NCBI GenBank assembly: GCA_001949185.1
Contig: BDGG01000001.1
Location: 1,168,652 to 1,232,651, forward strand
Length of the DNA: 64,000 nucleotides
Direction of reading: 5' to 3'
Origin: Ramazzottius varieornatus
Taxonomy: Eukaryota > Animalia > Tardigrada
Under the pieces are notes generated by a model. The model ran no database searches and was not told the DNA's origin. It saw only the letters and a program-made list of their open reading frames with translations. The position numbers and the translations under genes were made by a program. Positions within the stretch are counted from its first letter, which is position 1; each line of letters opens with the position of its first letter. This document shows, one piece after another, positions 1 through 13,227 of this stretch.

Positions 1-3000
1 GCCTTTGAAATATTTGGATATTCCGTTGAACGAACCTTTGAGGTATTTGGACATACCGACGAAAGCTGATCGAACGCAATGGGAGGAAGGTGTAAGGTTG
101 CCCGCTGTGGTGCTGCGTGAAGCAAGTATGGATTATGAGGCTGTGGACAATCCCTACTCGGCTGAAAACCTGAAACGACGCGTTGCTGGTGGACCTTCTT
201 TCTTTGAAACTGCGCTTGACCCTAAGAGCTTCCCTCCGCCGCTAACCGACTCTGATCCGTCCCAGTTCGACCGCGGTGGTGGCCAGTTTGATCCGAGAGA
301 CCAGCACAGTAGGCAGTACGTAGTCAAGCCCAAACGCAAAGCCTCTCCTTTGAAAAAGTCTTACCTAATCGAGCCCGAAATCTTCTACCAAGCTGAATCC
401 AAGGTAAGAATGGACGATCGTCATTGGGTATTTGTGCATGTCACTGCATGGCCTCACTGCGCAGTTTAATGTGTAAGAAATGATCGTAGTAACATCTCAA
501 TGTAAGAAGAGCGACCCGCACAGCAGCAGCAAAGTGAAAAAGTTTACGTGGAACTCAGATCAGTATACGTAACGTATGCATTTGGCTGAAGTCAGATGAT
601 ACTTGTTTTTAATTGCGTGACATTGTGGACACGCAAACCTCAAAATACTCTTTGAGCTGCATGCATATGTGTCCAGAACCATGAAGCCAATGACTGCTCC
701 ACTTTGGAAAACCCCAAAAGCTATACATTTTACCCGTTAAACGCTCAACACGCATAAACTATCATTTTGTGCGTAATGAGAGCTTGGCTAATTGAGGATC
801 TAAGGTCGGTGTAGCATAACTGTGGGGAGGATGTGGGTCGACCATCTAATGAAACAACAGACGTACAGTAGCTACTCAATTAGTGTACCACATCACACGC
901 AGGTACGTGGACTTGGCTGCGCTGACCAGCCCCATAAGAGTCAAGCGACCTGGCTACTTTTTTAATCATTTTTTGATTAGAGCAGGTTCTGCGCTCTAAT
1001 CGCGGGCCTCGACATGGAGAGCTGATAGCATAGTCATTAGTGCTGATTATAAACTGGCCCTCGCTTTGTCAACAGCCGCCATTGCGTCTGCAACTGGCGC
1101 GGACTTCCATTGGCCAGTTGCAGTGGTCGGTACTTCCGATACCTTCTTCCTGGTAAATATATCCTACATAGCTTTTCCGGAAATATCATCTCGAGATAAA
1201 CGCCGGAAAACGGAACGTACGCGGTTGTCGTTTTGAGTGGCGCACGCCGCCGGCCAATAACAATGAAAATGTGCGCCAATCGAGATCGTTGAGGATCGTC
1301 TTCTTAAATGGCACACTTTTCGTTTATTATTGGCTGGAAGCGTGCTTCACTTGAGAAAAACGGTTTTGTTCGTTGCGTTTCTCCGCCTAGCGAATTTATA
1401 GGTTTAACGCTCAGGAAATTGGTTGAGCTCAAAGTACAGTAATGCAAAGTCCTATTACGTCAATGATGGGGCTTATAATAATTGTGCAAAGCCACTATGG
1501 ATGAGTTAATGTCTAAAGGAGGCTGTAGTCTCGCAATATGTCTTTGACAGGTGAATCGTGCCTCGGACCGATTACTGCGCTTAGACAATCGTATCGGTAT
1601 CTTGCAAGCAGAGCTTGACGTCGAGCGAGACGCCGACATCGAGACACCCCACAAGCCGGAAGAGCTTCAGCGACTACAGTCCGCCGTTGATTACACCGCT
1701 GCCGAAATCCAGGAAACCGAACGAACGGTAAGTCACCATTCACCTGTCGCTACTTCATGTATCAAGCGATGAACTTCCCGTTAAACCAATAATCGATAAC
1801 GTGGGGCTCCAAAAGAACGTTTCCGCAGCTTGAACAGAGCATTTCAATTGTATTTTGAGCCAATATTTCCTGGCCGGTCAACTGCAGTAAACCAAGCTTC
1901 TGGCTGCGCCCTGTGCAGTGACTTTCGCTACGAGATATGTACGTAGAAGCCACAGCTAGCGGATTCGCGGGAAGAGCTTTTTAGCCAGGTAAGTTTTCCG
2001 GTTTTCGGCCAGGAAGCTTAGAGAGCGACTTGAAGAACGGTCGATTGTGTCAACTTTACAGGTGTGGATTGCTGTTTGCCGTGCTGACCGATTTGTTTGC
2101 TACAGAAACGTTTAAGCGTCGAGACGTTACTACCGGTATCGTTAGCGGTATCGACTATCAATGAAGACTGTGTACACGAGCCTGACCTAAAGGTCGGGAT
2201 NNNNNNNNNNNNNNNNNNNNNNNNNNNNNNNNNNNNNNNNNNNNNNNNNNATCCCCACATTTATGCTAGGCGCGTGTACGTGTCTTGGTAGTCATTTATT
2301 TCCCATGGGCTGCCTGTTCCCATCCGAACGAGACGAGACGAGACGAAGAGACAAAGAGGGGCCCAGGTTATCAAAATCTAATTGAGAGTGTAATGGGAGG
2401 TGGAGCGTGAAATGAGAGCCAGCTTGGGCCTGTCTAGTGTATGGGACGACCTTTGGTGCTGCTTTGATGAGCTAGCGTGAAATTTCAGACGTACTGGCCG
2501 TCTAGTTAACCAGTTTGCTTCCGTTAATCAGTGTCACTTAGGCTAGCTAGCATGTGTCAGTAAACTGTATCACTTTTCCCATTGAGGCATTATCGCCTGG
2601 TTGGACAAATGGTACGACCTGCTCATTTTCCTCTCTGCTTGTAGATCAAGCAGGTGGAATTGCTGGTTACACGTCTGCATATCCAACAGCAAGAGCCGCA
2701 GCTGCACAAGGCCGAACGCGGCTGGACTACCGTCTCGCCTGATTATCCAGACTGCTACAGCTACCCTGGATTAGCGGGCTCTTCGCCATCGCCGCTTGTT
2801 GTCTACGGCACCATGACGTCCACCCCACAAGACTTCCCCCAAGATGGACCCAGTGTGCGCAGCTTGATGTCAAGGTTCCAGCATGAAAAGAACGGACTCA
2901 AGAACGGCCATGGCGAAAATGGGGGACATCATCTAGGTAAGTGGACCAGCCTTCAGATTCAATGCGACATCAGGATATGTCGTACAGAACCCATACGAAA

Positions 3001-4186
3001 TACTAAAGCTGAACCAACTTGATTCCCTATTCGACATATAAGAGTCTTCGCAGTGCTTTCATACCCGATACCATTCCGTATGCGTCCAATACGCCCTAAC
3101 TTTTTCTGACTAATGTGTTCGTCAAAACTTTCCAAAACTATCACTTACGCAAAGACATGTATCGAATGGTTTCCTATTTGCCTTTGATACTTGAAACTGC
3201 AATGGTTTCGTTGGCCCTTCTGATCTGCGTTTGCGACGTAATTTCTCCAACCGAATGGGCAATGGACATTTCCTGCGTTTGCAGGCTCATCCATAGCCGA
3301 AGACACTTCAGACTTTTCGGCGACATCGACACCCGACAAGGACCGGAAGCCCTTACCGGTCTTCAATCGGGCCAAGTTTCAAGAAGGCCTGGCTGCAGCA
3401 AAGTCGCAAGCAAAGCCTCGCATCCAAGCCAGCATCACCGCTCGCAGTCTCTCCCGTGAAATGCGGGAACAGCTGCGCATCGGCCACAAGCCGCAAATGG
3501 GCGCCTTCCGCTCCAACATCATGACAGCGGAAAATGGCGACTACGACCCCGACAAGGCGGCAAAGGCCAAAGAACTGGCTATGGCTGACAGCGCCCATGA
3601 CGCCCACTTGCATCAACAGCGGTCACAGCCGTCGCCTCCATCCACGCGCTCCGACCTTCAACAACACGGACATGCCAATCACACGGCGAACACGACCATA
3701 CCATCGCCCATACAGACACAGTCGACGACAGCGCGTCAAGCCATGCCCGTCTTTGATGAGGAACACGAGCATGAGGAGCACCAGTCGGACGTGGACCCAC
3801 TGCACAGTGTGGCCGACAGTGTGCATAGCGCCGATCAAGGCGCCATGGAAAGCAGCGGAACTTATGACATGGACTCGTTGGATGGCGACGCCGACCACGA
3901 CGAAGCTGAACCGCACTATGCGCAGATCGCCAAGAAGCAACAACAGGACAGCGCCCATGCCAACGATCATCAAGTCAAGGAAGAGGACGCTGGGGGCAAA
4001 GTCAATGGACACCATCGGACAAACTCCAACCTGGTGATGGATCATCATAACGATGGCGACAACGACAGTGGCGCCGGTGAGGGTCACAACGAGCACGAAG
4101 CTCCCGAACATCGGCAGCATAGCACCAACGAGGAAGAAGGTGAACTACCGCTGTCGCAAGCTCCCAACTGGGATTTGCTGATCTAG
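1..4186 (+). CDS. 3' part of a MyRIP/melanophilin-like (Rab effector C-terminal domain) protein with a disordered His/Asp/Glu-rich tail; 5' end lies outside the window
   Basis: Exons <1-403, 1551-1727, 2645-2936 and 3285-4186 join in frame at GT-AG sites (phases 0,0,1), merging four ORF-track entries. The spliced coiled coil AESKVNRASDRLLRLDNRIGILQ...ELQRLQSAVDYTAAEIQETERTIKQVELLVTRLHI resembles, from memory, the MyRIP C-terminal region (LADLEDQVATAAAQVHHAELQISDIESRISAL). The gene model is firm; the family call is tentative. Confidence 0.6.
1235..1353. repeat. Family A inverted-repeat element (two units)
   Basis: GAGTGGCGCAC-N25-GTGCGCCAATC (1235-1281) and TAAATGGCACAC-N25-GTGCTTCACTTG (1305-1353); intronic. 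Confidence 0.75.
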
Positions 4187-5795
4187 ACACTGGTCGATGG
4201 TTTTCCGACAAGGAGTTTCTCCATTGTATCAGCTAAAGCAAAGCGCCTACGTACGCTTCTAGTGATTGCCTTGGCTCTAGCTTGCTCTAACGATTTGCTT
4301 TTAATTTTATTTACAGTCTGCCCTACCCTCGGGCGTTTACTTGCTTGAAGCCTGACACGTCGAACTCTATTACACATATCACCCTAAACTTTGTGCTCAT
4401 AATCCCGGTAATTTCGAATACGGTTGATATTAATTGCATCAAATGATTTTGAACATCCATATAGTAAATCCGGTTCTAGCTCGGTACTGTCATCCGGTCT
4501 TTGGTTGGATAGATCTGCACTCAGCACTTTCGATTCGCACATGCTGTATGTTCATAAATTTGATCGCTTGACTAGTGCGAGTGACTGGTAAAACTGGCCT
4601 TAAACAGTAGAAGTTTTCTACCGGTCGTGCATGACGTCAAATCACGTCTAACCAATTTATACGATAGAAAAATATTTGAACTGATTTATAAAACCGATCG
4701 GCTACTTTTGATTCACTGTCAGAAAAGGAGTGAAGAATAACTGTCGAAATTCTTGCAGTTTCTGCTAATTAACAAGTATAATGATCATAGCTTCCACCAA
4801 AACCAAATACGTCAAACGCAGTTCTTTTCTTTCTAATAAGCCGAAATTTCGGCCCAGCAGAACTGCCTAATCAGAGTACATATTTCGATCTCCGTATCGT
4901 GGCTAACAAACCCGAACCAGGCCAGATTTTCAAACCGCCAGAAATTTTCCGGTACTTCAGAGTTTTCAGAAGTCGGCTCCCCTCCGATCGTGCGATTTCA
5001 ACAAAATTTCTAGTAAAAGATGTAAAGAACTGGGGCTATCTGCAACCGTGATTCGGAGATACAGGAAGCATGGTACAAATTGTTGTTGGAATTCAGAATC
5101 GTTTCGAGCGATTAAGATCAACCCGTATATTGCTGCAAAACTGCACATCCTTCGGCCTTAAGTTTCAGTTTATGGGGAAAAAATACATCATGTACAGATG
5201 TCGGATACGGTAGAAGCGCGTCGAAGATGCAGTCTCGTTCCAAAAGTCAGCTAAACTTGACCCCAAGTCTGGCTCGCCCAAACGCATTTACCTGTCGGCT
5301 CGTAAAGACCTGTCGATTTGAGCAAAAGTCATGCCCTGAAATGATCTGGCAAACGCTAGCGTCGCTATTTGCTTTGTTAGTCGGACTCGTACTTACAAAA
5401 GTTTCCGTCGTCCTAGAGTAACAACGCAACAATTAGTAAGTTACGTGCAGGTGCGTCGACCACTGGTTTCGGTATTCGTACGAAGAAAGATTATGGGCCA
5501 GGCAGAAAAGGCGACAAAATGAAAATCTAACCGTAGGAAAGTGTATTGATGTAAATCAGTCGCGTGCGTACGTTCTTCTGTACCGCCGCAGTGGAAACGC
5601 CCGGTCCATCGTTTTTACTGGCCCAGTTTTCATCTTGGTACGTATACACTGTACAGTGTTGCTAACCACAAAGTTATGCGAGTGATAGCGCTCACCTGGA
5701 CTTGACAATGCGTTCCTGCATACGCGTTGGTTCCTGTAGCCCAAATCGGATGTCCCGAAGTACCGTAAATAACCTGCAATCATGAACAGGGCTCT

Positions 5796-7101
5796 TTAGA
5801 GTTTACGACAAACTGTCGCGCTCCTATCATTTCGATAAGTCCTCTCACGAGGTTCCCATCCTGCTGCATGATCGCTTCCCGAACCCGTTGCCCATGTGTG
5901 TTTGTAGCCCTGCAACAAGGCTACAGTGACCGCGATTTCCAAATCAGATTTCCCCACCCAGTTCGTTTCAGTTGTACTGTATCTTCGACACATGTGCTGC
6001 TTTGAAAACAGACTTAACGTACCAAGTTGGATGGTTATCCCGAGTACGATACAGGACTAGGTTACCGTCAGACTGCAAAGTAATAAAGGTCGATGAGTTT
6101 CGTGAGGGTCCAAGCCACAAGAACGCCAAGGTTTAACCTGCATGGTCAGCCTCAAGTTCTTGGTAGACGAGAACAATGACTGCCCAGGCAAGAGCTTCTC
6201 GTTGGAGCGTAAGTGGCTTTTCGGAGGGTTTTCCGGTACCACAGATCCGCCGGGCGGACGCTGCTTGTCCTTACTGGTGACGCTGGTGCTCGTATTTCCT
6301 GAGAAATGACAGAGTAAATATCGTCACCGGCGAGTAATCTCTGTTTATACATATGTATTATGCAGTGAACTATCTACGTTTCGACAAGTGGATTCGAATC
6401 TAGAATTATCAATGATGTCCGTACCCGATGTATGGTTACTTTGCGGAGGTTTGCCATGGGGTCGATGCGTATGTTCTTTTCTTGGTTCTCTTCGTGGGTT
6501 TCCCGGCGGTGGAGGTCTGACTGGTCTACAGAACAGGCGAACGAGGAAAAATTTCAAAGGATACCATTTTGGAAAGTTAGCATGGAGGTTCAGCAAACAA
6601 AATCGTACAGATCGTTCTCCCAACTGGCGCACTTTTCTACTGATATCGGCTGGAAGCCTGCGCTACGTTAGAAATCAAACGATCTGGTCGAATTGGTGTA
6701 TCGCGCTACCATATGCATACGCCAGAGTTCCATTGGGTGTGCGTACGGTGAATGTACCTGGGTTGAGCCTGCACATGTGGTTGAGCTTCTGGGCGAACCA
6801 CTAGTCGCGGTCTGTCGTTCACATTACCACTATCGGCAACTCTTGGATCGGGCTTGTTCGACACGGTAATGTTCTGATGGCCAGTTGGCGGGGGAAACAA
6901 AAAGTTCCTCAGAGTTATCTCATCGCGCATCGGGAGCTTCAGTTCCCCGAACCGGTCAACAGGGATGCTCTTGACATCCCTAACGGATACGAAGTGTTCC
7001 TCTTGTAGCCGTGTCAAGGTGGCATCGGATAGCCTCAAATAGTGCTGTAGGTCCCGCACGGAAGAGTTGTCGGTCGGTCGTCTAGTATTCTTGGCGGACA
7101 T
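5796..7101 (-). mobile_element. Possible degenerate transposon relic (Mutator-like transposase C-terminal motif; SAM-like ORF)
   Basis: TNWVGKSDLEIAVTVALL recalls the K-x-x-F-x-G-x-x-x-L-E-I-A-V motif of Mutator-like transposases. ORF 7101-6706 has a SAM-like helical pattern (LRLSDATLTRLQEEHFVSVRDVKSIPVDRFGELKLPMRDEITL). Frames are broken and no TIRs were found. Confidence 0.3.
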
Positions 7102-7613
7102 CTTCAGTACTTTTCTGGAACAGACACACACCACTACTGCACATAAGAGCTCTCGACGTGCTCGTTTAATTCAAGAAACTCCTGCGCGCAACCGCGGTGA
7201 ATTTTCCATGGTGTTTACCCTTGTGTGTGTCCTCAATGAACCAATGCAAGCTTTGTCTTATCAAGGAAAAGATAAGATACGGTATGTAAGTTTGATATTG
7301 GTACCGAGATTAATGTCAACGCTGTACAGGCATTGTTTCTGCAAAACTGGAGCAGGACAAACAGCGCTTGTACTGTAGCTGGAAACTGAAGATCTAACAG
7401 AGGCCAAAAAGGAAGGCCGGATGTAGAAAACTTACGCATCATGGATTGCTGTGCCACGCCTCCGCAGATCTGAGCTTAGATCATGACACTCCTCGATCGA
7501 ACAACCCAAGACCCAGAAGTGGCGCAAAGAAATCGCGCGGCTGATGGTGGTTGACAGTGAAATACGCGCGTTCGGCAGTCGAAAGCTCACAAAGCGGATT
7601 AAAGTTGTCCGAA

Positions 7614-7946
7614 TGTGACGACTACAGCGTCGCTGCCAGCCACCACAACTCACTAGACAGGAGTTCCTCCTCGAATCTAGCCTAGCTCTCGACAACTCTT
7701 CCCCAAACCTGGTAGACTTCTTCAGGCTCAAACCCAACGCTCAAAAATCACTGACAGATATTTAATACTATGAGTGATGCGCACTCGAGATCTTCCAACG
7801 CTCACTAAAGTCATCTTCGTCATGCTTCAATCACGGCGAAGGCAAAGCAGGCAAACTTAGTGGTAAGCTGGGAAAGGCTGGACCAAACAACCAGTCCGGC
7901 CACTCAAGTTATCCTGAACCGCCCAGCTTCTCCGGCTGCTCCTCAC
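7614..7946 (+). repeat. Dispersed repeat, copy 1 (copy 2 at 59294-59561)
   Basis: Clear similarity to 59294-59561 (e.g. CCACCACAACTCA.TAGACAGGAGTTCCTCCT; GGACCAAACAACCAGTCCGGCCACTCAAGTTATCCTGAACCGCCCAGC). Copy 2 lacks about 70 bp internally. Confidence 0.85.
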
Positions 7947-8444
7947 ACGAAAAACGCGCACATCGGCTTTTTCTGCTCAATCAACATCACCAAAATCCTG
8001 ATCGATCAAGCGTGAACAAGAGATAGGCCACTGTGGTGTAAGTGCCTCTGTAACCGCGTGGCCCCAAACAGTTGAGACTAATGGAGACGTGGGCACATGA
8101 TCTAAACCAGAGCTCTGTCTCGAGCGGCGCATGTTTCCATTATAACTGACAGGCATTGTGCGTCACTTGGCACAACGATCTGCTTCCGTTCACTTGCCCA
8201 TTTTCGAACTGATGATATCTGTTGTTTACGTCCAGAACAGTGGTACAGTGGTTCATCCTGGCATGGACGTCTTACGGCAACAGATCGAGCAGTGCAGCTG
8301 ATTGCTGATTCGGCCACAATACCTTGATTTACGGGCACCGCCCCTGTATTGTGTGACTGCGTACAGACTTAGAAAGATCAGGGGCAGATGAGCGCCTGTT
8401 TCTGAAAGGCATATCTTGCTTTTACTTCCTCAATCCCGATCCGT

Positions 8445-9784
8445 ATGTGGAAGCGTCTCAAGCTGCGGTATCGTAACTGCAGTACTATCAGCATCCAGGC
8501 TGAAGAAGATCCATTAACGGTCTACAAAGGTAGGAGGAACTTGTCCTGTGGTCTAGGAGGACGATTGAAACAGAATGGAAAAATTTTTTTGTACTCAGTT
8601 TCCAATCTCAATACCAGGAAGTCTAGCTTGTGTTAGGCTTCCTTTGGCTTGTTACATCTTTAAAATTTTTACTTGCAACAGTTTTCAATATTGGAGTGCT
8701 TCGGTGCTTTTGTAGGGTTGTTTGATTGGCAGATGTTTATTGATTGCAGGCAAATCGAACCAGGAAATGGAATTCAAGGTTGATCACGAAGAGGAAGTGG
8801 TCGAAGAGGACGAAGTGGACGACACCCATCACACCATGGAGTCTCCAAGTCGTCTGGTCATTGGAGTAGCTTCAGTGGATATTCCAGTGGACAACGATAT
8901 GCCTTTAGATCTTAGTGGAAAGCTGCCATGCCAAATCAGCTACGTCGGGAATGAAATCTGCGTCGAGACGCATGGACCAGATTCAAGTCGGTTGTTCGAT
9001 GACACTTCCCCTTCCAATACGAGTATCTTCCGAGAAAACGGGATATCCGAAAATTTTTCTTTTCCAGTCTGCGTTTTTACGAAGGGCAGTACAATGCTTT
9101 TTCTCTAGGGAAGAAGAACACCGCTTCCTACACGGACAATAATGCGGAACTCATTGACAGCGATGCTTCTTCCACTGTCTCAGATTGCTCGGTTGACTTG
9201 TCCAATCTTGAAAACGTCGTCCGTCTTCCGGAACCAAAAGGCCACTCAGAACTTGCTGCAGCCAAACGCTCAAAGGAGAAAGGTGAGGAGCTGACTCTGT
9301 TCGCTTCGAATGCTCGACCCGGAAGTAGATGATCGGCTGTTCTTATGATGATTTTCCGTATCAAGTGGCGCATGATGTCACGAGTAATGTAAATCTTTTG
9401 TTCTCAGGGAGAAAATCACGAGGACAATTGTGGATGTTCATTCGGAAACTTCTTTTGAAACAAGACAACGATGCTATTCGACCTGCTGACCGACTGGTTT
9501 CCTGGGTCGACCGGGAAAAGGGTATCTTCCGCATTCAGCAAACAGATAAACTGTCTAGGCTGTGGGGAACCATCAGAGACAACCCCACCATGACCTACGA
9601 GAAACTCAGCCGGGGTTTACGGTAAGCTGGTTCCGTCTTATTTTGGTTCCCGAACCGCTTGTACATTTGAGTTCTAACTTTTGGCAGGCACTACTACAAG
9701 AGCAAGATTCTGAACTCGGTGCCCGGACGTCGTCTCACGTTCCAGTTCGGTCCACGCGCTTCCGGTTGGACAGAGATTGACTAA
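8445..9784 (+). CDS. ETS-domain transcription factor, ESE/ELF3/EHF-like, with a PLDLS motif
   Basis: Spliced exons give LWMFIRKLL...VSWVDREKGIFRI...LSRLWG...MTYEKLSRGLR|HYYKSKILNSVPGRRLTFQFGPRASGWTEID* (stop 9782-9784). The C-terminal GRRL.F.FG..A.GW pattern is ESE-like. The start exon (ATG 8445) is uncertain. Confidence 0.85.
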
Positions 9785-10292
9785 ACTCTTCGGAAGACAG
9801 AACAACCGTTCTTGTTCGTTCTTTTTGTGACCAAGAAGCTATGTTTCTCGTTTTTTTTACATGGTTCATCAACCCAAAATTTCCCTGGATGATCTGTTGA
9901 CCTTTTAGCTCGTGCCTCGAACTTCAGGTTCGCTTCCGGTCGTGTCCAAATTTGGGTTTTCTTCCGGCTCAGTTTTATCCTTCCTGTTTCCCTTGTTTCG
10001 AAACCCTCATCAGGTCTTCGAGACATCCCTGTCCTCTCCGAGAGTCGCCATGTCGACAGTAAACGAATCTTTCAACTAACGCTAAATTCGCAGATCGATC
10101 AAAAAGTTAGAAAACGAAGGATGGCCGGCGCCGTCTTTCCTTCCTGGTTGCCACTGTACCGTTTCGGCGGTCCGCATTAGCTGTACTATTTTTTCTCATG
10201 AACCCGAAATTTTATCATGTACTGTACATGACACGTCGTCGTTTGGACTTCTTCCATCAGAATCTTCTGTTATTTGGCCGTTGAGGGCTCTT

Positions 10293-11636
10293 ATGTGCCT
10301 GCTAGACAAGCTCCTGCCCCACCTGGACAATGTCTCGGTTACTTCCCTCAAACTCAAGAAAGGTCTGGCTGCCCACCGACACACCACACGTCACAACAAA
10401 CCCCAACACTACTTCCATCTTCATCAGCACCACCACCACCACCCTCATCATCATAAGAAGAAGAACCCTAACGATAAGGTAACTGCGCGTGACTGGCTAG
10501 AATCGCTGGTTGAAAAGGTCGACCATCCTTTTACTCCTGCAGTCGAAACAGACCCTTCCCTACCTCCTGAAAGGTATACAGCTCAAGATGTCAAAGTATC
10601 GCCGTGTCCAAAGTCAAAAACAAGTGAAGTGTTTGGTTCGACTCACAACGCGGAAGAAGTGCGCAACTTGGTGCGGAAAGTGCTGATGCATCAGTTTGAG
10701 ATGACTTCCCAGCACGAAATACCGAATCTGCATCACCACCTGCTGTCTCTGCACATGAGTAAAGAACCTCGTAAAGGTGCACATTTAGGTGCTCTAGATC
10801 GTATTCGTTACATGATACTCAAGCGTCGGATCGTTTCAATGCGGAAACATTCAACGGTGGCAGTATTACGGCTACATCCGAATGGCTTGCCTGCGCTGGA
10901 AGAACTGTACGCAAAAACTGAAGAACATGTGGCTGAGAATCGTGAAAAGCTTTTCGATGTGTTGGAAAGTACCGAAAGTCGACAGATTGCAGCTGACGCC
11001 ATCTTGGATGATCTCGATTTGATCTGCCCGCTGAAACCAAGCCCGCATCTGAAGCAGATCAGCCGGTTACGTGACAAGCGACACTTATCGTTGATTGGTC
11101 GATCAACCATCAACATTCCGTTCGAATCGTCTGATTTTATGGCGCGTTGGCTGTACCGGCGGTGTCTGCAAACGTGTGAGTTGAACGGATGCCAGTTGAC
11201 GCAGATTCAAGAACAGCGTTCGCAGGAAGAGGATCTGAATTTGTCCAAAATTGGCAAATACCAGTGTACAAAGTGTGTGGCTTCGAAAGTTGTGTCAGCC
11301 AGGAAGTCTGCGAGGTATACCGACGGTCCGCGGAACATGGCGAACTTGACTGGTTCGGGATACGATCTGAGCCGGAAGTACTCCGTCTCTCAGATGCCGT
11401 CTATGGCGACTATCGTGGAAGAGAGCGAGTCGCATGTGTCGCATGGACCGACGCTAGCTTTGTACGACTCCGATTCGACCATGCTCAACGAGGAAATCTT
11501 CAGCCATCACCAGCTTCCGCCGAAGAATAATCTGTTCTTTCGAGGGCCCAGGATGAATATTAGCGGAGATTCTCAGCAATCCAAACGTTCGAGTGGTTTG
11601 CGTACGGTGCCTGATGGCGATCAGTTTGAGCATTGA
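10293..11636 (+). CDS. Intronless uncharacterised protein (~447 aa) with an N-terminal poly-His tract
   Basis: 1.35-kb uninterrupted ORF, first ATG at 10293; no recognisable domain. Confidence 0.65.
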   Translation: MCLLDKLLPHLDNVSVTSLKLKKGLAAHRHTTRHNKPQHYFHLHQHHHHHPHHHKKKNPNDKVTARDWLESLVEKVDHPFTPAVETDPSLPPERYTAQDVKVSPCPKSKTSEVFGSTHNAEEVRNLVRKVLMHQFEMTSQHEIPNLHHHLLSLHMSKEPRKGAHLGALDRIRYMILKRRIVSMRKHSTVAVLRLHPNGLPALEELYAKTEEHVAENREKLFDVLESTESRQIAADAILDDLDLICPLKPSPHLKQISRLRDKRHLSLIGRSTINIPFESSDFMARWLYRRCLQTCELNGCQLTQIQEQRSQEEDLNLSKIGKYQCTKCVASKVVSARKSARYTDGPRNMANLTGSGYDLSRKYSVSQMPSMATIVEESESHVSHGPTLALYDSDSTMLNEEIFSHHQLPPKNNLFFRGPRMNISGDSQQSKRSSGLRTVPDGDQFEH

Positions 11637-12334
11637 AACCTAATCTTTCTTTACGAGACTTTTTACCTTTTAATCTTAAGTTTTACTTGTGTGAAATTTG
11701 TGTAATGGATTGGAAGGTGGAGAAAACGATGGTTTTCGGCTGCCCCACGTTCACATTTGTGAGCCAGGTGACAAGGCAACCACCAGGAAGTGCCCCTCTT
11801 CCTGCTTGTTAAGAGATATCGATTACACCAAGACCCTCAACTATTGATATCACATGAAATACAGTATGGATATCATAAACAGCATACGACGCCCCAAACA
11901 ATCTCGCGTCAACCGTGTTTGCCCCATTCTTTGATTTTTCGAGTCAGCATAATAACGGTTACACCGCGATAAAAATTCGGCGAGTCGTATACAGCAGTAT
12001 TACCGTATTTCAGTTCACTTTTACGGGCTGATTGACTCGGTCGTTTTCGAAAATCAGTAGTGGATATATGTCGGACTCACCACAATCGTGCTCCCGTTCG
12101 CTGGATAGATCATGTTTTGGTCTTATAACCGGTGTATGATCCGTTGTCGCAACTCCGATCGCTTGATTGCAATCAACGGAAAGACACATATTTTACCGGT
12201 GAAAACTGGCCTTGTTCAGCAAAATATTCCGGTTCGGCTTGTAATACTGTAGTGAAGAGTCCCCTTACCAAAAATTTTCGGCGACATGCAAGCAGCAAGT
12301 GTTTGGGTTCGTTTATGAAAAATAATATCGAATC

Positions 12335-12791
12335 TATACCAGTGTGCCCTTTTGGGCATTTTGCCTTTTAGCACAATCGCGTTTTAGCAGATTCTTTTGA
12401 CCCTTGAACCTTTTGGCCAGTTCGCCTTTTGAAACACGAAAATCACTTTGGGTCACCAAACCCTTTAGCCATTAAACCTCTCAGCACTTAAACCTTTTGC
12501 GGGCGGTGAACGCCGTAAGCATGAGAGTAACCAAGTTGTCTTCTCAGCTAAGACTCATGGTATTGTGGGAATAACGCCGCTCCGCCCCGGCTTTCTCCGA
12601 ATTTTTCGGCAACAGCTGCATTTTAGAGAACACGGCCAATCAAATAGGGCGGTGTTCAAAAGGCAGAGAGGTTGGAAGGTGTGAGTGTTGTTTTCGAAAG
12701 GTGATAGGGTTGGAAAGCGAGATGCCTAAACGGCCAAAACATGCAAAAGGCGACGGTGTTAAAAGGCGAACCTGAAAGGTGAATTTGGTGT
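12335..12791. mobile_element. Degenerate TIR MITE-like element
   Basis: Left half rich in (G)CCTTTT, right half in AAAAGG(C); imperfect terminal inverted repeats ending in TA. Confidence 0.45.
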
Positions 12792-13227
12792 ACTGACGCC
12801 GTGTTGTCTCAACAACCGCACATCACACTGGGCGACTAAAATGTTCATGGCGCATCCGGCGGGTTTCATAAAACTATGTTAATTATATTCGCTCGGGCCG
12901 GCTTTGAAAAGTGTCGTGCGGATGATTCATGAGTGATTTATTCTTATTTGCGATTGAAACTACTGTCGATTGAACGGCATACAGACACATCCATCTCCCC
13001 CAGTTCAACATCCGTGTCGCTGGGCCGCTGTGGATTACGTGGATATTATTTGTTCCATCCAGTCCGACACCAATGCTTTGCTGGAAAACATTTCCGGAAC
13101 AACCGTATTCATTTATATTTACATTGGATTCTTCCGCCAGAGGATGCGGTCATGTGATTTTGAATACACATCCTTAATTTCATCGCGAACCGGAAGAGAG
13201 AGAGATCTTGGAATGCGGTATCTCCTG

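Noticed and set aside
3461-4186. Stand-alone stress-protective disordered protein (CAHS/LEA/Dsup-like)
   Set aside because: The frame is open upstream to a splice acceptor at 3284 and joins the upstream exons; no CAHS or LEA repeat motifs.
7801-7860. SHLRHAS as a tyrosine-recombinase HxLRH motif
   Set aside because: Isolated short match with stops nearby and no other catalytic residues identifiable.
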